Positions 26,801 through 36,700 of a stretch of 64,000 bases of DNA are shown here, in pieces. The first letter of the stretch is position 1. Each line of letters starts with the position of its first letter. Location of the stretch: positions 1 to 64,000 of the IMG/VR virus record IMGVR_UViG_3300047510_002627; one strand, written 5' to 3'. A model generated the notes under the pieces. It saw nothing but the letters and a program-made list of their open reading frames with translations. It did not search any database and was not told the DNA's origin. The translations under genes and the position numbers were made by a program. The DNA is from a virus.

Positions 26801-29114
26801 AGCTACATTAATTAGATCAGTTGGAATTGGATCGACACAAAATGATATTTTCTTAGACAATGTAAAAACTTTCTTTGATAGTGATGATGAATATGAAAAC
26901 ATTGGTGTAAATAAGCGTCCTCAAAATGATGTAATAATCATAGAAGATAGAGTTGCAATAGGTGCGAGTGCTTCTGTAACTATAGGGAATGATCTAAGAA
27001 TATCTTCAATAAGTATCGATTATCCAGGATTTAATTATATTACAACTCCAGATGTTTCAATTTCAGCACCAAACTTCACTGGCATAGGGACAACATCAAA
27101 TGAAAGAGCACAAGCATCTGCAGTACTTGAAGATGGGAAAATTAGCAACATAACACTAGATAATGTTGGTTATGGATATACAACAACAGGAAATCCAATA
27201 AAAGTATTCATAAGTGACCCAATTCCAAAGGTTGAAAGAATTGATGACGTTCTTTATGAAGGGGACTTTGGTGTTATTACCGGAATAGGTACTACATCTA
27301 TTGCATCTGATCCAATATCTCAAGTTGGATTTACAACTGGAATTTACTCTATTGATAGTTTTGATCTTTTTGGAAATGCAGTAGCAGTTAATCAAAATGG
27401 TACAAGTTTCATTGTTGGTGCTAGAAGTGATGAATTTATTGGATCTGCTGGAACTGGACTTGCATATGTATTTGATTATAATCCAAATACAGAAGTAATA
27501 ACTGGCATTGCAACTTTAAGTCCATCTACAACACCGGGAGATACTACTGACCTATATGGGTTTGATGTTGCAATGAGTGGTGATGGTAGTATAGTAGCGG
27601 TTACTGCTCCATCTGATGAACTTAGTGTAAATAATTCTGGATTATTATATGTCTATGAAAGATCAGGAAATGCATTTAATGAATTAAACGTATTTGAAGC
27701 TAAAATTGGAGTGGGATTTACAATAACAAATCCAAATATAGGTGTTTTATCCGATTCTATTGACATAAGTGTAGATGGGCAAATAATTGCTGCTGGAGCG
27801 GCATCTGATGATGAAGGTTATGTTTACATATATGAAAGAGAGCAAGTTGGTGTTGGAACTTACATACAGACTCAAAGATTTACAGGATCTCAATCAGTAA
27901 TTGGGGCATCTGCATTTGGATATTCAGTTGCTTTAAATTATAATGGATCTGTGTTATGCGTTTCTGCATATGGAGAAGATAGAGTATATGTATTCTCTAG
28001 AAATTTTGATGGAAGTTATTCTGAAAGTGCCACTATAGAAGAACCAGAAAATAGCAGTGGATTTGGATTCTCTGTTGACATATCGTCTGAAGGAAATACA
28101 ATAGGTGTTGTAGAAGGATTGACAGGAAGTTCTCAAAAGGCATATATTTATGATTTTAATGATGTAACTGCAAAATGGGATTTAAGTAATGTCTTAACTT
28201 TAAATAATACATCTAATGTAAATTCAATTAGTATATCAGATAATGGAAGAACCATTGTTTTTGGATCAGCAAAAGATGAACCAGTTAATTCAATAGATTC
28301 TGGAAGTGTTTATGTATATAAGAGAACTGGAAGAAGTGATAATTTGGTTGGTATTCTGACAGGATCTCAATCATTAACCTCTGGATCAAACTTCGGACAA
28401 TCTTCTGCCATTAGTGATGATGGTAAAGTTATTATTATCGGTGCTCCGGGCAGTGAAGTTTCTGGATCTGGATCTGAATCCGGAATTACATACGTATTTA
28501 AGAATCCAACTCCAAATGCGTTTGAAAATAATATTGTTTTTGAATTATACATTGAAAATGATTCATATTTGAGAAACTCTGAAATTGGTGTTCCAAAAGT
28601 AATATCTACTCTCCAGGAAGGATATTACTTTAGAGTAAATAATTCAAATATAGGAAATGTCGGATACGGAATAACTGCATTGAATATATACAATGGAAAA
28701 TCTCATTTCATCGGAACACATTTCTTAGATGGTGTATATCAAGTATCTAATGTTAGCGTTGCTAGAACAGAGGTTTATAGTTTGAATGTTGATCAAGTTG
28801 GAACTGCCAGAACTGATGTTTTAAGAGTAATTGTTCCAGTAGAAAGTTGGAATGGAATAGATATTCCAAGTGGTGGTGTAGCTGGAAACGTGAATGGCGA
28901 TCCCAATGTTGGTCTTGGGTACACATACAATGGATATTTTGGAGATTATTCTTGGGGGAGAATATCAAATTATAAGAGAGGGGTAAGAAAAACATTTGCT
29001 CTTCATAGTGATGGAGATTCTACATTAAGTTTAAATAATCCAGGAATAACAACAACTGCAAAATTAGTAAGAGTAAATCCACTAAAATCTGAAGGATATA
29101 CTCCTAATATATAA
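20820..29114 (+). CDS. Giant baseplate/adhesin protein, C-terminal part of gp7-like, with two 7-bladed FG-GAP-like beta-propellers
   Basis: PNHFFKTGE, STFNGRVFLRSG, GDYSWGRI motifs; 14 FG.S...S.DG repeats; precedes gp8. Confidence 0.75.
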   Translation: MTIINAGTGFYIGRLFDVQLSAELRHKGDPIFEKLFDGSSQVSVDLRNNRFFVPNHFFKTGEKLEYFFPNYENATEGESNAVGIATTSIVNVGITTRLPRNVYAVVLNDQYIQVSETKSDALRRIPKVLDIVSVGIGASHKFVGEKQNTRSLITIDNVIQTPSIDTEIRTTLREELSGASDFVEVVGITSFFTGDLIRIDNEIMRIELIGSGIGNTNSFIVRRPILGTGLANHAQGADVVKQSGAYQIVDNIIYFPVPPFDKAPTTDLTRTDPEERDYVGLETFSTFNGRVFLRSGFEDTNIGPYDKNFLLDDISNQFLGISTQAVLKNQGNNVTGFSTGNALILINNVFQTPDFIDYGLGESAGVTTIRFTGEKSPNPEDVNTASIPRGGIIVSVGSNEGYGYQPLVAAGGTATVSAAGTISNISIGYSGSGYRSPKELILTTRINYPTNNPSAVFFLEDNDGLFEKLRYFKSPGSNAKVVLSVENSVGINQETLGEYTEITSVGSTSVTINNGSGLDAWEEVSEFSSYEFFADTTATQPSGISTNVITVFDTLGISTAPGNPNYYLTITNAAKNILITKVNEINNQFTLNELTTNSFVDNSVVTVNTFRQGITSTSIGNNVVIKITDPNVGFANIYVDTLKAYTATIADYDPKTGLTTITAPGLNVLQGDFLDLRNFKYVCESGGSVSGEGESTNRRFSINRIIIDQSINKEYSVIDATYNPVSGISTLNIGIHTFGTIGSNRFYIEPESLGFSCSLDGNATTSYYPGPNDLNYKKNYEIIDTTATTVTVNVGNAGNNTSAHTFERVNNSSLGSLSQVTNATYNASTGISTISFTNPHGLSAGIAYSVTNATYNPTTGVAVISVPDTTGLQNGSKILIQSESLGFTCTLDGNTSVTYYPRLTDPANDNLLTVSNVTGNSFQVNVGTSVDTSAHTFVGVNTETPKPIKFVSGDYVFLEEEGLTFTCTLDGNTTPSSYPRSTDYAYNKLIEVLDVPSANQITVYVGYGQPGQVYSHTFVSATENAVKFSTGQSRYTSGIATVTNVGNLATELTPNSLVLIRNTGTEIDNRIFTVLNTPVTIGSTTNAFSIDLNEKDTPAPVSTLIYPGADFVLATVTFPSGRFGFEFEVLEKLDDDTFILNTGKTIRPHTYLGGGEVRNVTQGVKPIFIGFSTISNGHLEDPIITNTGIGFSQYNLFKSLNARSDVLVGSNIVQISDTAGINTFTDFVRFPTRDKNKLFDIVGIGSFRVLISEPIAVSNIPQNTIVEILRFDSFSLNVDDPLSYNNLPLIYSNESPSGIGSYAVGNLIIGNDGKIEQFELTSSGYSYGQTEILTVEVGGVTGIPTFANFQVTGITSSVGVFTGSLTSLNDRFGASLSVNSDGSRILIGGSQDNIVGSATSSGLVYAFDRVGSAFNQVGIITGLYSSDNGDNFGHSIAISGDGSRIVIGAPNDEVPNAGGQVYLYDRQDVPSIGFTTVGILTSPYADGLVPTGESFGYSVDMSRDGNVIVVGAFREEDALPENSGLAFVYERDDGPPISFDLISVLSGSLSVSTSDNFGNSVSISPDGSYIAIGAFRDEDAPDPNANFGLTYIFEKSGASVNQVGILTSPKLTSIKSANDRFGYNVDISENGTIVAVAAIDDQSVVGGNRTGLVYIFERINGNNFYLIQVLKGEYSNETGDSFGSSLSLSDDGKVIAIGAALDEFPGSGSSSGVTYLYERRTFNYFGNDYVSVGIQTGTFANDIDDNYGYAVALSGSGNRLIVGSQNDAFNQVGIGTSGAVYSYDITIGNTFEEFQILVDRTFTDSFAGLTFGDLVVFDDISRLFNSSRVEFPILLGGIRTTLRSRPGSSLELEYNLLVFINDIYQVPNESYIFNGGSILTFLEPPKEGDKCVIVFYFGTTEVDTKLVDILETIKIGDNVTVNSSDFSLQQNPRTVVDITATDILNTNTYVSPGVTDDENLQRPIRWCKQLVDKVIDGNVVGKSRKPYEPEIYPQATLIRSVGIGSTQNDIFLDNVKTFFDSDDEYENIGVNKRPQNDVIIIEDRVAIGASASVTIGNDLRISSISIDYPGFNYITTPDVSISAPNFTGIGTTSNERAQASAVLEDGKISNITLDNVGYGYTTTGNPIKVFISDPIPKVERIDDVLYEGDFGVITGIGTTSIASDPISQVGFTTGIYSIDSFDLFGNAVAVNQNGTSFIVGARSDEFIGSAGTGLAYVFDYNPNTEVITGIATLSPSTTPGDTTDLYGFDVAMSGDGSIVAVTAPSDELSVNNSGLLYVYERSGNAFNELNVFEAKIGVGFTITNPNIGVLSDSIDISVDGQIIAAGAASDDEGYVYIYEREQVGVGTYIQTQRFTGSQSVIGASAFGYSVALNYNGSVLCVSAYGEDRVYVFSRNFDGSYSESATIEEPENSSGFGFSVDISSEGNTIGVVEGLTGSSQKAYIYDFNDVTAKWDLSNVLTLNNTSNVNSISISDNGRTIVFGSAKDEPVNSIDSGSVYVYKRTGRSDNLVGILTGSQSLTSGSNFGQSSAISDDGKVIIIGAPGSEVSGSGSESGITYVFKNPTPNAFENNIVFELYIENDSYLRNSEIGVPKVISTLQEGYYFRVNNSNIGNVGYGITALNIYNGKSHFIGTHFLDGVYQVSNVSVARTEVYSLNVDQVGTARTDVLRVIVPVESWNGIDIPSGGVAGNVNGDPNVGLGYTYNGYFGDYSWGRISNYKRGVRKTFALHSDGDSTLSLNNPGITTTAKLVRVNPLKSEGYTPNI

Positions 29115-29132
29115 TTAATATTTGTAGGCTCA

Positions 29133-29139
29133 ATAAATA
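29133..29139 (+). promoter_or_regulatory. T4-type late promoter
   Basis: ATAAATA upstream of gp8. Confidence 0.7.
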
Positions 29140-29157
29140 CATATAAAAAGCAAAAAA

Positions 29158-30756
29158 ATGGCTGCAATCATTACTGATCAATTAAGAATTCTGAATGCAA
29201 ATAATTTTTTGGAGAAGGTAACTGATCCATCTAATTCTTATTATGCATTTGTAGGATTACCAAATCCATTTGATTACAGTTCCACTTGGGATGAAAACCC
29301 CCCGTCCCCAAAAGATAGTTTTCAGCAAGAAAATATTATCTGGGATAATATGATTGCTATGAAAAAAATTCGTAATGAAGATGTTAGAAATGTTATAAGG
29401 AGAATAGATTGGGTATCTGGAATTATTTTTGATAGGTATAGAAATAATGTTGACAGAGATAACGTTTCCAATCAAACATCATCAACGAGTTTATATTCAT
29501 CTAATTACTATGTTGTGAATAGTGATTATAGAGTTTATATTTGTTTAGAAAATGGAGAAGATCCAGAAAATCCAAAAGGAAAACCTTCTCTGGATGAACC
29601 AAGATTTACTGATTTAGAGCCAAGATCAGCTGGTAATAGTGGAGATGGATATATTTGGAAATATCTTTACACAATTTCAGCAGGAGATATTATAAAATTT
29701 GATTCCACCCAGTACGTACCAGTTCCAAGAAATTGGAGTGATAACGTAGACGTGGCAACCGTTAGAGAAAATGCTGTGGAAGGTGGGCAGTTAAAAACGG
29801 TAGTCATAAAAGACCGAGGTATTGATGTAGGGCAACCAAATACAGTTTATAGTAATGTGCCTATAAGTGGTGATGGAAGTGGGGCAAAAGTTACTATTGT
29901 GACTAATAATGATAGCAAAGTTGAAAGCGTTACTGTTTCTAATGGCGGATCTGGATATACATTTGGAACTGTTGACATTGATGCTATTTCTTTAAATTAT
30001 ACAAGTATACCAAAATTTGAAGTTGTCATTCCTCCAAAAGGAGGACATGGTGCTGATATTTATCGTGAATTGGGTGCAACAAGTATTTTAATTTATTCCA
30101 GAATTGAAAATGATGATCAAGATCCCGATTTTATTGTTGGTAATGAAATATCTCAAATTGGAATAGTAGCAAACCCTTTAGCATTTAATTCAAATGAAAT
30201 TTTAACCAAAGATAAAGCAAGTGCTCTTGGTGCTATAAAATTAGATCCAAATGCAAAGAATGATGCGGTCTACAATGCAGATACATACATAACTCAAACT
30301 GTAGGTGCAGGTAAAACCGCTGTTGCTAGAGTTGTGTCTTATGATAGAAACACTGGAATTTTAAAATATTGGAAAGATAGAACTCAAACTGGTTTTAATT
30401 TTAATGGAAATTCTGCTGATCCAATTTTTTCTTACATAAATTATGAGTTTACTTCATTGCCAGAAGAAGGTGGAAATACAAACATTAGGAATTATACTTC
30501 AGTAAGTGCTATTAATGCTAATGACACTTCTGGATCTGTAGTTGGAATAGATACAAATTTTGGTACTACATTAGAACCAGGTATAACTACGTCAATAAAT
30601 AGTAGAACATATTACTTAGGGCAACCATTTGTCAGCGGGTTATCAAATCCAGAAGTTAAAGCATATTCTGGGGATTTGATTTACATTGATAATAGACCAC
30701 CAATTACCAGGTCTAAAAACCAAAAAGAAGATATTAAAGTTATCATTCAGTTCTAA
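29158..30756 (+). CDS. gp8: Baseplate wedge subunit gp8
   Basis: MAAIITDQLRILNA, YRVYICLEN, DGYIWKYLY, QKEDIKVIIQF motifs. Confidence 0.92.
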   Translation: MAAIITDQLRILNANNFLEKVTDPSNSYYAFVGLPNPFDYSSTWDENPPSPKDSFQQENIIWDNMIAMKKIRNEDVRNVIRRIDWVSGIIFDRYRNNVDRDNVSNQTSSTSLYSSNYYVVNSDYRVYICLENGEDPENPKGKPSLDEPRFTDLEPRSAGNSGDGYIWKYLYTISAGDIIKFDSTQYVPVPRNWSDNVDVATVRENAVEGGQLKTVVIKDRGIDVGQPNTVYSNVPISGDGSGAKVTIVTNNDSKVESVTVSNGGSGYTFGTVDIDAISLNYTSIPKFEVVIPPKGGHGADIYRELGATSILIYSRIENDDQDPDFIVGNEISQIGIVANPLAFNSNEILTKDKASALGAIKLDPNAKNDAVYNADTYITQTVGAGKTAVARVVSYDRNTGILKYWKDRTQTGFNFNGNSADPIFSYINYEFTSLPEEGGNTNIRNYTSVSAINANDTSGSVVGIDTNFGTTLEPGITTSINSRTYYLGQPFVSGLSNPEVKAYSGDLIYIDNRPPITRSKNQKEDIKVIIQF

Positions 30757-30768
30757 TCATAAAAAGTC

Positions 30769-33700
30769 ATGCCACAGGAAACTAATTTCAACGTATCTCC
30801 ATACTTTGATGATTTTGATAAGGATAAAGATTATTATAGAGTACTTTTCAAGCCAGGATATCCTGTTCAGGCAAGAGAATTAACAACTTCGCAATCTATA
30901 CTACAAAATCAGGTAGAACAATTTGCAAATAAATTCTTTAAGGAAGGTGAAATTGTAATACCTGGATCGTTGATATACAATAATCCAATTTATTCTGTAG
31001 AAATTGAGCAGAGTTATAATGGACTTCCAGTATCATTATATTTTCAGCAATTAAAAGGAAAAGTACTTAAGGGGTTGAATAGTGGTGTAACCGCTGAAGT
31101 TTTTGCATTAATTGATAACGTAGAATCTGAAAGAAATAACTTTACTTTATATGTAAAATACTTAGAAAGTGGTGGTGAAGATTTAACGATTAAAAGATTT
31201 TTAGACGGAGAAACTTTAGTATCGACCACTGCAATTTCTTACGGAGAAAGCAATAAATTCGTAATACAAGCAAATCAAGGAATTTGTAATACAATATCTT
31301 TAAATTCCACTGATGAAGGATCTGCTATTTCAATTACGGAAGGAGTATGTTACACAAGAGGAATCTTTGTTAATGTTTCTCCTCAAATATTAGTATTATC
31401 TCAGTATGATACAGTACCAAATTATAAAGTTGGATTTGATATTGTAGAAAGGATTGTAACATCAGATGAGGATCAAAGTTTATATGATAATGCTAGAAAT
31501 TTCTCAAACTTTACTGCTCCTGGTGCAGATAGATTAAAGATAGAATTATTCTTAGCAAAGAAAGATTTAAATTCCATAGAAAATGATAGTTTTGTGGAAT
31601 TAATGAGAGTAGTTGATGGTATTCCATTATTCTCAGATAGTGACAACGATCAAGTAAAAAATATAATAACTGCCAAAACAGAAGCTTCTAGAGCAATATC
31701 AGAAACAAGCGGAGACTTTTTTATAAAATCATTTAGTGTCAATGTAAAAGATAGTTTAAATGATTACTTTTTAAATGATGGCGTATTTTTTGAAACTCAA
31801 AGTACAGTTTCTGGAAATACACCATCCGAAGATAAGATTGTTTATCAAATTGGACCAGGAAAGGCATACGTTGATGGATTTGCAGTAGAAACCACGGCAT
31901 CTAGATTACTAGATGCAGACAAACCAAGAGCTTCCAATGATTGCACAAAAGAAATAATACCATTCAATGCTGGTGCATTATATGTCTTAAATAATACCAT
32001 TGGTTCAGCATCAATAGGATTATCAACTAATGCTACTGTTAGTTTGATGAGCGACAGACTTGGAGAAAACAAGTATGTTGCAGCTGGAACAACTATTGGA
32101 TTGGCAAGAGTTTATGATTTTATACCAGAAAGTGAATATCAAAATGATTTAAGTAGAATGCATCTCAGATTATTTGATGCACAAACTTTTGTAGACTTAA
32201 AATTTGCTAAACCAGTTGTAGTAGAAAGGCCTGCATTTGTAGAGGGTAAAAAATCTGGAGCAACTGGACATGTATATAACACTTTTTCAGAAGTAACTAA
32301 TATACAAACAATACAATTCAATGGTGGAGCAGTAGGAATTTCTACAATACTGCTGCAATATAATAAACTGGGAGATCCTGTAGTTGGAGTTGCAACTATT
32401 GGTTTAGGAGGTCTTGGATCTGCTTCTGCAAATAATTTAAGTAATGGGGATTTTATCTTTATAACTGGAACTGGATATCCACAGATAGATTTTCCAACTG
32501 GAGGAAAATTCCAAATTTCTCAAGCAGGTATAACAACTTATGGAGAATTTGAGATTACATTACAATCACAACCAAATGTAGAAGGTGCGGTAGAAGATGA
32601 ATTTGGTGGATATACGATTGAAAATTTTGGAACAATAACTAAAGTATCTACAGCGGCTACTGTCAATTCAACATCTCATGGACTTACTAGTGGTCAGCAA
32701 ATTGTAATTAGAGGTACTAATAATAATGATTTTAATAGATCATTTATTGTGGATCAAGTATTTAATGCTAGTAGTTTTAGTTTATTAGATTCTGATGGAA
32801 CTACATTAACAGCGGATGATAATTTCAATGGAATCATATCTGCCATTGGAGGTGAGCATTTAACCGTATTAGATGAAATTAAATTATACGAAGTTAAAGG
32901 GCAATTTTCTTCAGGAGAGCAGGTCATATTAAACGGTGAAATTGATAATAGATTAGTAAAGGAAGTAGTAGAATATAGTTTATCAGATGTTAAGTCAGTA
33001 TTTTCTGAAAAAATAGGAATATCGACTTTTAATGGCGATGTCATATTAGACAAGAAATCTTTCTTAGCCCCCGCTGGGACATTGTTCAATATAACTCCAG
33101 ATTATAACTCTGGAGGAATAAGTACAATATCTGCAACAGTTGCTACAAATATAACTACAGGGTTAAAAGTTGGAGATATTATAACTTACACAACCAGTAC
33201 AGTAGGACCTAGATATCCAGAAAATCCAGATGGATCTTTTGATCCAATTTATAATAAAGTTGTAAGTATAAATTCAAATGGAAAATCATTTGAAGTTGTT
33301 GGTATTACTTCCGTTCCTGGATTTATCAATGGTAGTGCATATTTAGATGGAAGTTCTCCAGAACTTAGTGAAACTTCCACAAATATTGCAAAAGTATCAA
33401 GTTCTGTTTATACTTCTTTAGATAGTGAAACTCTTTTAACTAAGTTTAATAATTCTGTACTTTCTCAAGTTGATTTTGATAACAACGTTATTCTTCAAAG
33501 AAGATTGTTTAGAGAAGCTAGTGTTATCAACAAGCAAATTACAATTGAAATTGATCCAACAGAGGAAGATATAACTTTTGCATCATTTGATGAAGATAGG
33601 TATGTTATTACATATACCAATGGCAATAAAGAAACTATAAGATTTGATAGATTTAAAATCGAAAACGCTGGGAAAAGAGCTGTTTTCACTGACCTCCAAA

Positions 33701-36700
33701 AAGGTCCAGTAAGTGGAAATGGAATTGCTGATGTAATTGCCACAGTTAGAAATACAAAACCAAATTCCAAAACAAAAACATTCAATGCTGCATCAGTTAT
33801 TACAATAAATGGATCTTCTCTTAGATCATCTGGAACTGGAGAAGGTACTTTGGATGATGGTCTTACATATAGAAGACCATATGGAACTAGAGTTCAGGAT
33901 AGAATTATTTCATTAAATACCCCAGATGTTGTTAGGGTTATAGGAATTTTTGAATCTTCAACGACATCAGAACCAACTTTACCTAATATTCAATTAATAA
34001 ATTCATCGAATACAAATTATGTTGTAGGTGAATTTATTGTAGGTGAAACTTCTAAAGCAGTAGCAGTGTTGGTAAATAAAATAAATTCTGATATTTTAGA
34101 ATTTGTATACGTAAATTCTAGAACATTTGAAAAAGGAGAATCTGTTACAGGGAAGGAAACTGGAACTAAAGGATTAATTAATTCTATAGTTAAAGGTGAT
34201 AAAAACATTACTCAAAATTATATTTTTGATGATGGGCAAAGATCTGCTTATTATGATTATTCTAGAATCATAAGAGCAAAAAATGTAGAGCCCCCAACAA
34301 AGCAATTAAAAATTGTATTCCAAAACTATACAGTAAAATCTACAGATGATGGTGAGTTTTATACTGTTAATAGTTATTCTAATAAAAATTATAAGTTCGA
34401 TGTCCCATCTTTTAATGGGATACGACTTACAGATTATGTTGATATAAGACCCAGATTAAATCAATATGATACAAACAATACCACAAAATCTCCATTTGAA
34501 TATGGACAAAGAGATTTTAGTGGTCAAGGACAAGCTTCAAGATATGTTTTAGCACCAGAAGAAAATCTTGAAGTTTGTTATAAGTATTACGTCGGAAGAA
34601 TCGATAAACTGATTTTAAAGCCAAATGGAGAATTTTCTGTAATTCAAGGAGAACCATCATTAAATCCGAAAGAACCATTAACTCCAGATAATTGTTTGGT
34701 TATTGGAACAATCAACCTTCCTCCATATGTTTTTAATGTAAAATCTATTGAAGTCAATATAGAAAATCATAAAAATTATACGATGCAAGATATTGCATCT
34801 CTTGAACAAAGAATTACTAGACTTGAAGAATTTACTATTCTTAATGCGGCAGAAAGTAAAACTGAAAATCTTAAATTAATCGATGCAGAAACTGGAATCG
34901 AAAGATTGAAGTGTGGATTCTTTGTTGATACATTTACTAATACAAATTTACATGATCAAGATGATCCAAATTATAAAATTGCAATAGATGATGAAAACAA
35001 TATAATGAGACCAACTCATTATACAACTTTCATTGATATGCAACTTGGATCTGAAGTAATTTCTGGTGTTGCAGAAACATTCGATCAAACTAAAGATCAT
35101 GATTTTGTAACTGATCTTGGATCAAACAATATTAGAAAAACAGGAGATTTGATTAGTTTAAATTACTCAGATCTTGAATATTTTAATCAGCCATATGCAA
35201 CAAGAACCGAAAGTGTAACTCCATTTTTGGTAAAATATTGGACTGGTAGTATAGAATTACGTCCATCTTCTGATAGTTGGATTGAAGAAAGGGAAGAAGT
35301 TAATCAATCATTTGCAACAAATACAGAAGTACTTCCAAGACTTCCTGATATTAACATTGTTAGAGTCAACAACGTAACTACAAATCAAACCGTTTTTCGT
35401 AATAACGTTGTAACACAAAGAGGAATATTTAGAGGAAGATGGATCACAGCAAGAGGTTCTTGGTGGAGAAGAGGTCTCTGGAGAAGAAACACAAGAGGTA
35501 ATGGCAGAAGAGCAGAGTGGTGGCGTCAGTTCCAAAGAAACTCTACATGGTTATCTTCCTCAGTTCGCACAGTAAATGGAAGGCAAGTTGTAAGATTTAG
35601 AGCAATTAGGCAAAGACTTACTTCTGCAGACATCAATTGGCTGAGAAGTATTCTTCCTCCAGACATTGCAAATAATTATATTACTCAAGTTCAAAGTGCT
35701 GGAAATAACCGAGCAATTTTCTTAGAGTTTTCTCCTGGATTTGCCAGAGATGAAATAAGTACTACAAGAACTGTTTCAACATCTGTACAAACAACTTCAA
35801 ATACAGTAACAACAACAATACCTCCAGAAATTAATGTAACTACAACTGTTGAAGAAAGCGAATCCAATTTCACTGAACCAACTAGATTCTTAAGATCAAG
35901 AAATATTGAATTTGATGTTAAAGGATTACGTCCAAGAACTAGATTCTATCCATTCTTTGAGGGTATTGATGTAAAAGATTATATTGTCCCAAAACTCCTT
36001 GAAATTGAAATGATTCAAGGGAAATTCCAAGTGGGAGAATTGGTAGAAAGTGATCCATCATTTACTTCTAAGAAAATTAGATTTAGACTTTGCAAACCAA
36101 ACCATAAAACTGGTCCATTTGCAACACCGGAAGAAACATTCATTTCAATACCATATAGACAATCTGCTCCTCCAGAAGCATATACAGAGTCTTCCGATTA
36201 TTTAAATGTTGATACTAGAGCACTTCAATTAAATTCAGAAACTGATTATTATGGAGAAGTTGCTGTAAATATGAGAGTAATTGGAAAAACATCAGGTGCC
36301 GTAGCAAGAATTACTAATGTAAGATTAGTATCGGATAATGGAGGAAGATTAATTGGATCATTATATATTCCAGATCCAAAAGTAGCTGGAAATCCAAAAT
36401 GGAACAATGGAGAAAATACATTTACTGTAATTGATACTCCATCATTGTCTGAAGTTGCATCTGGGGATGATAATACTACCAGTGAAAGTTCTGCAGAAGA
36501 AGAATTTACTTCTTCTTCAACAACTAATGTTACTGTAAGAAACATTCTTACTACTAGAAATATTAGAATTACTCCGGCTAGAAACATAAACACCACTACA
36601 GTTACTAATGTAAGAACCAATACTACAGCGGTGACTCAAACAAGAGTTCGCAGAAGAACTGGTGCAATTGTAAGAAGATGGGAAGTTAAAGATCCTTTAG

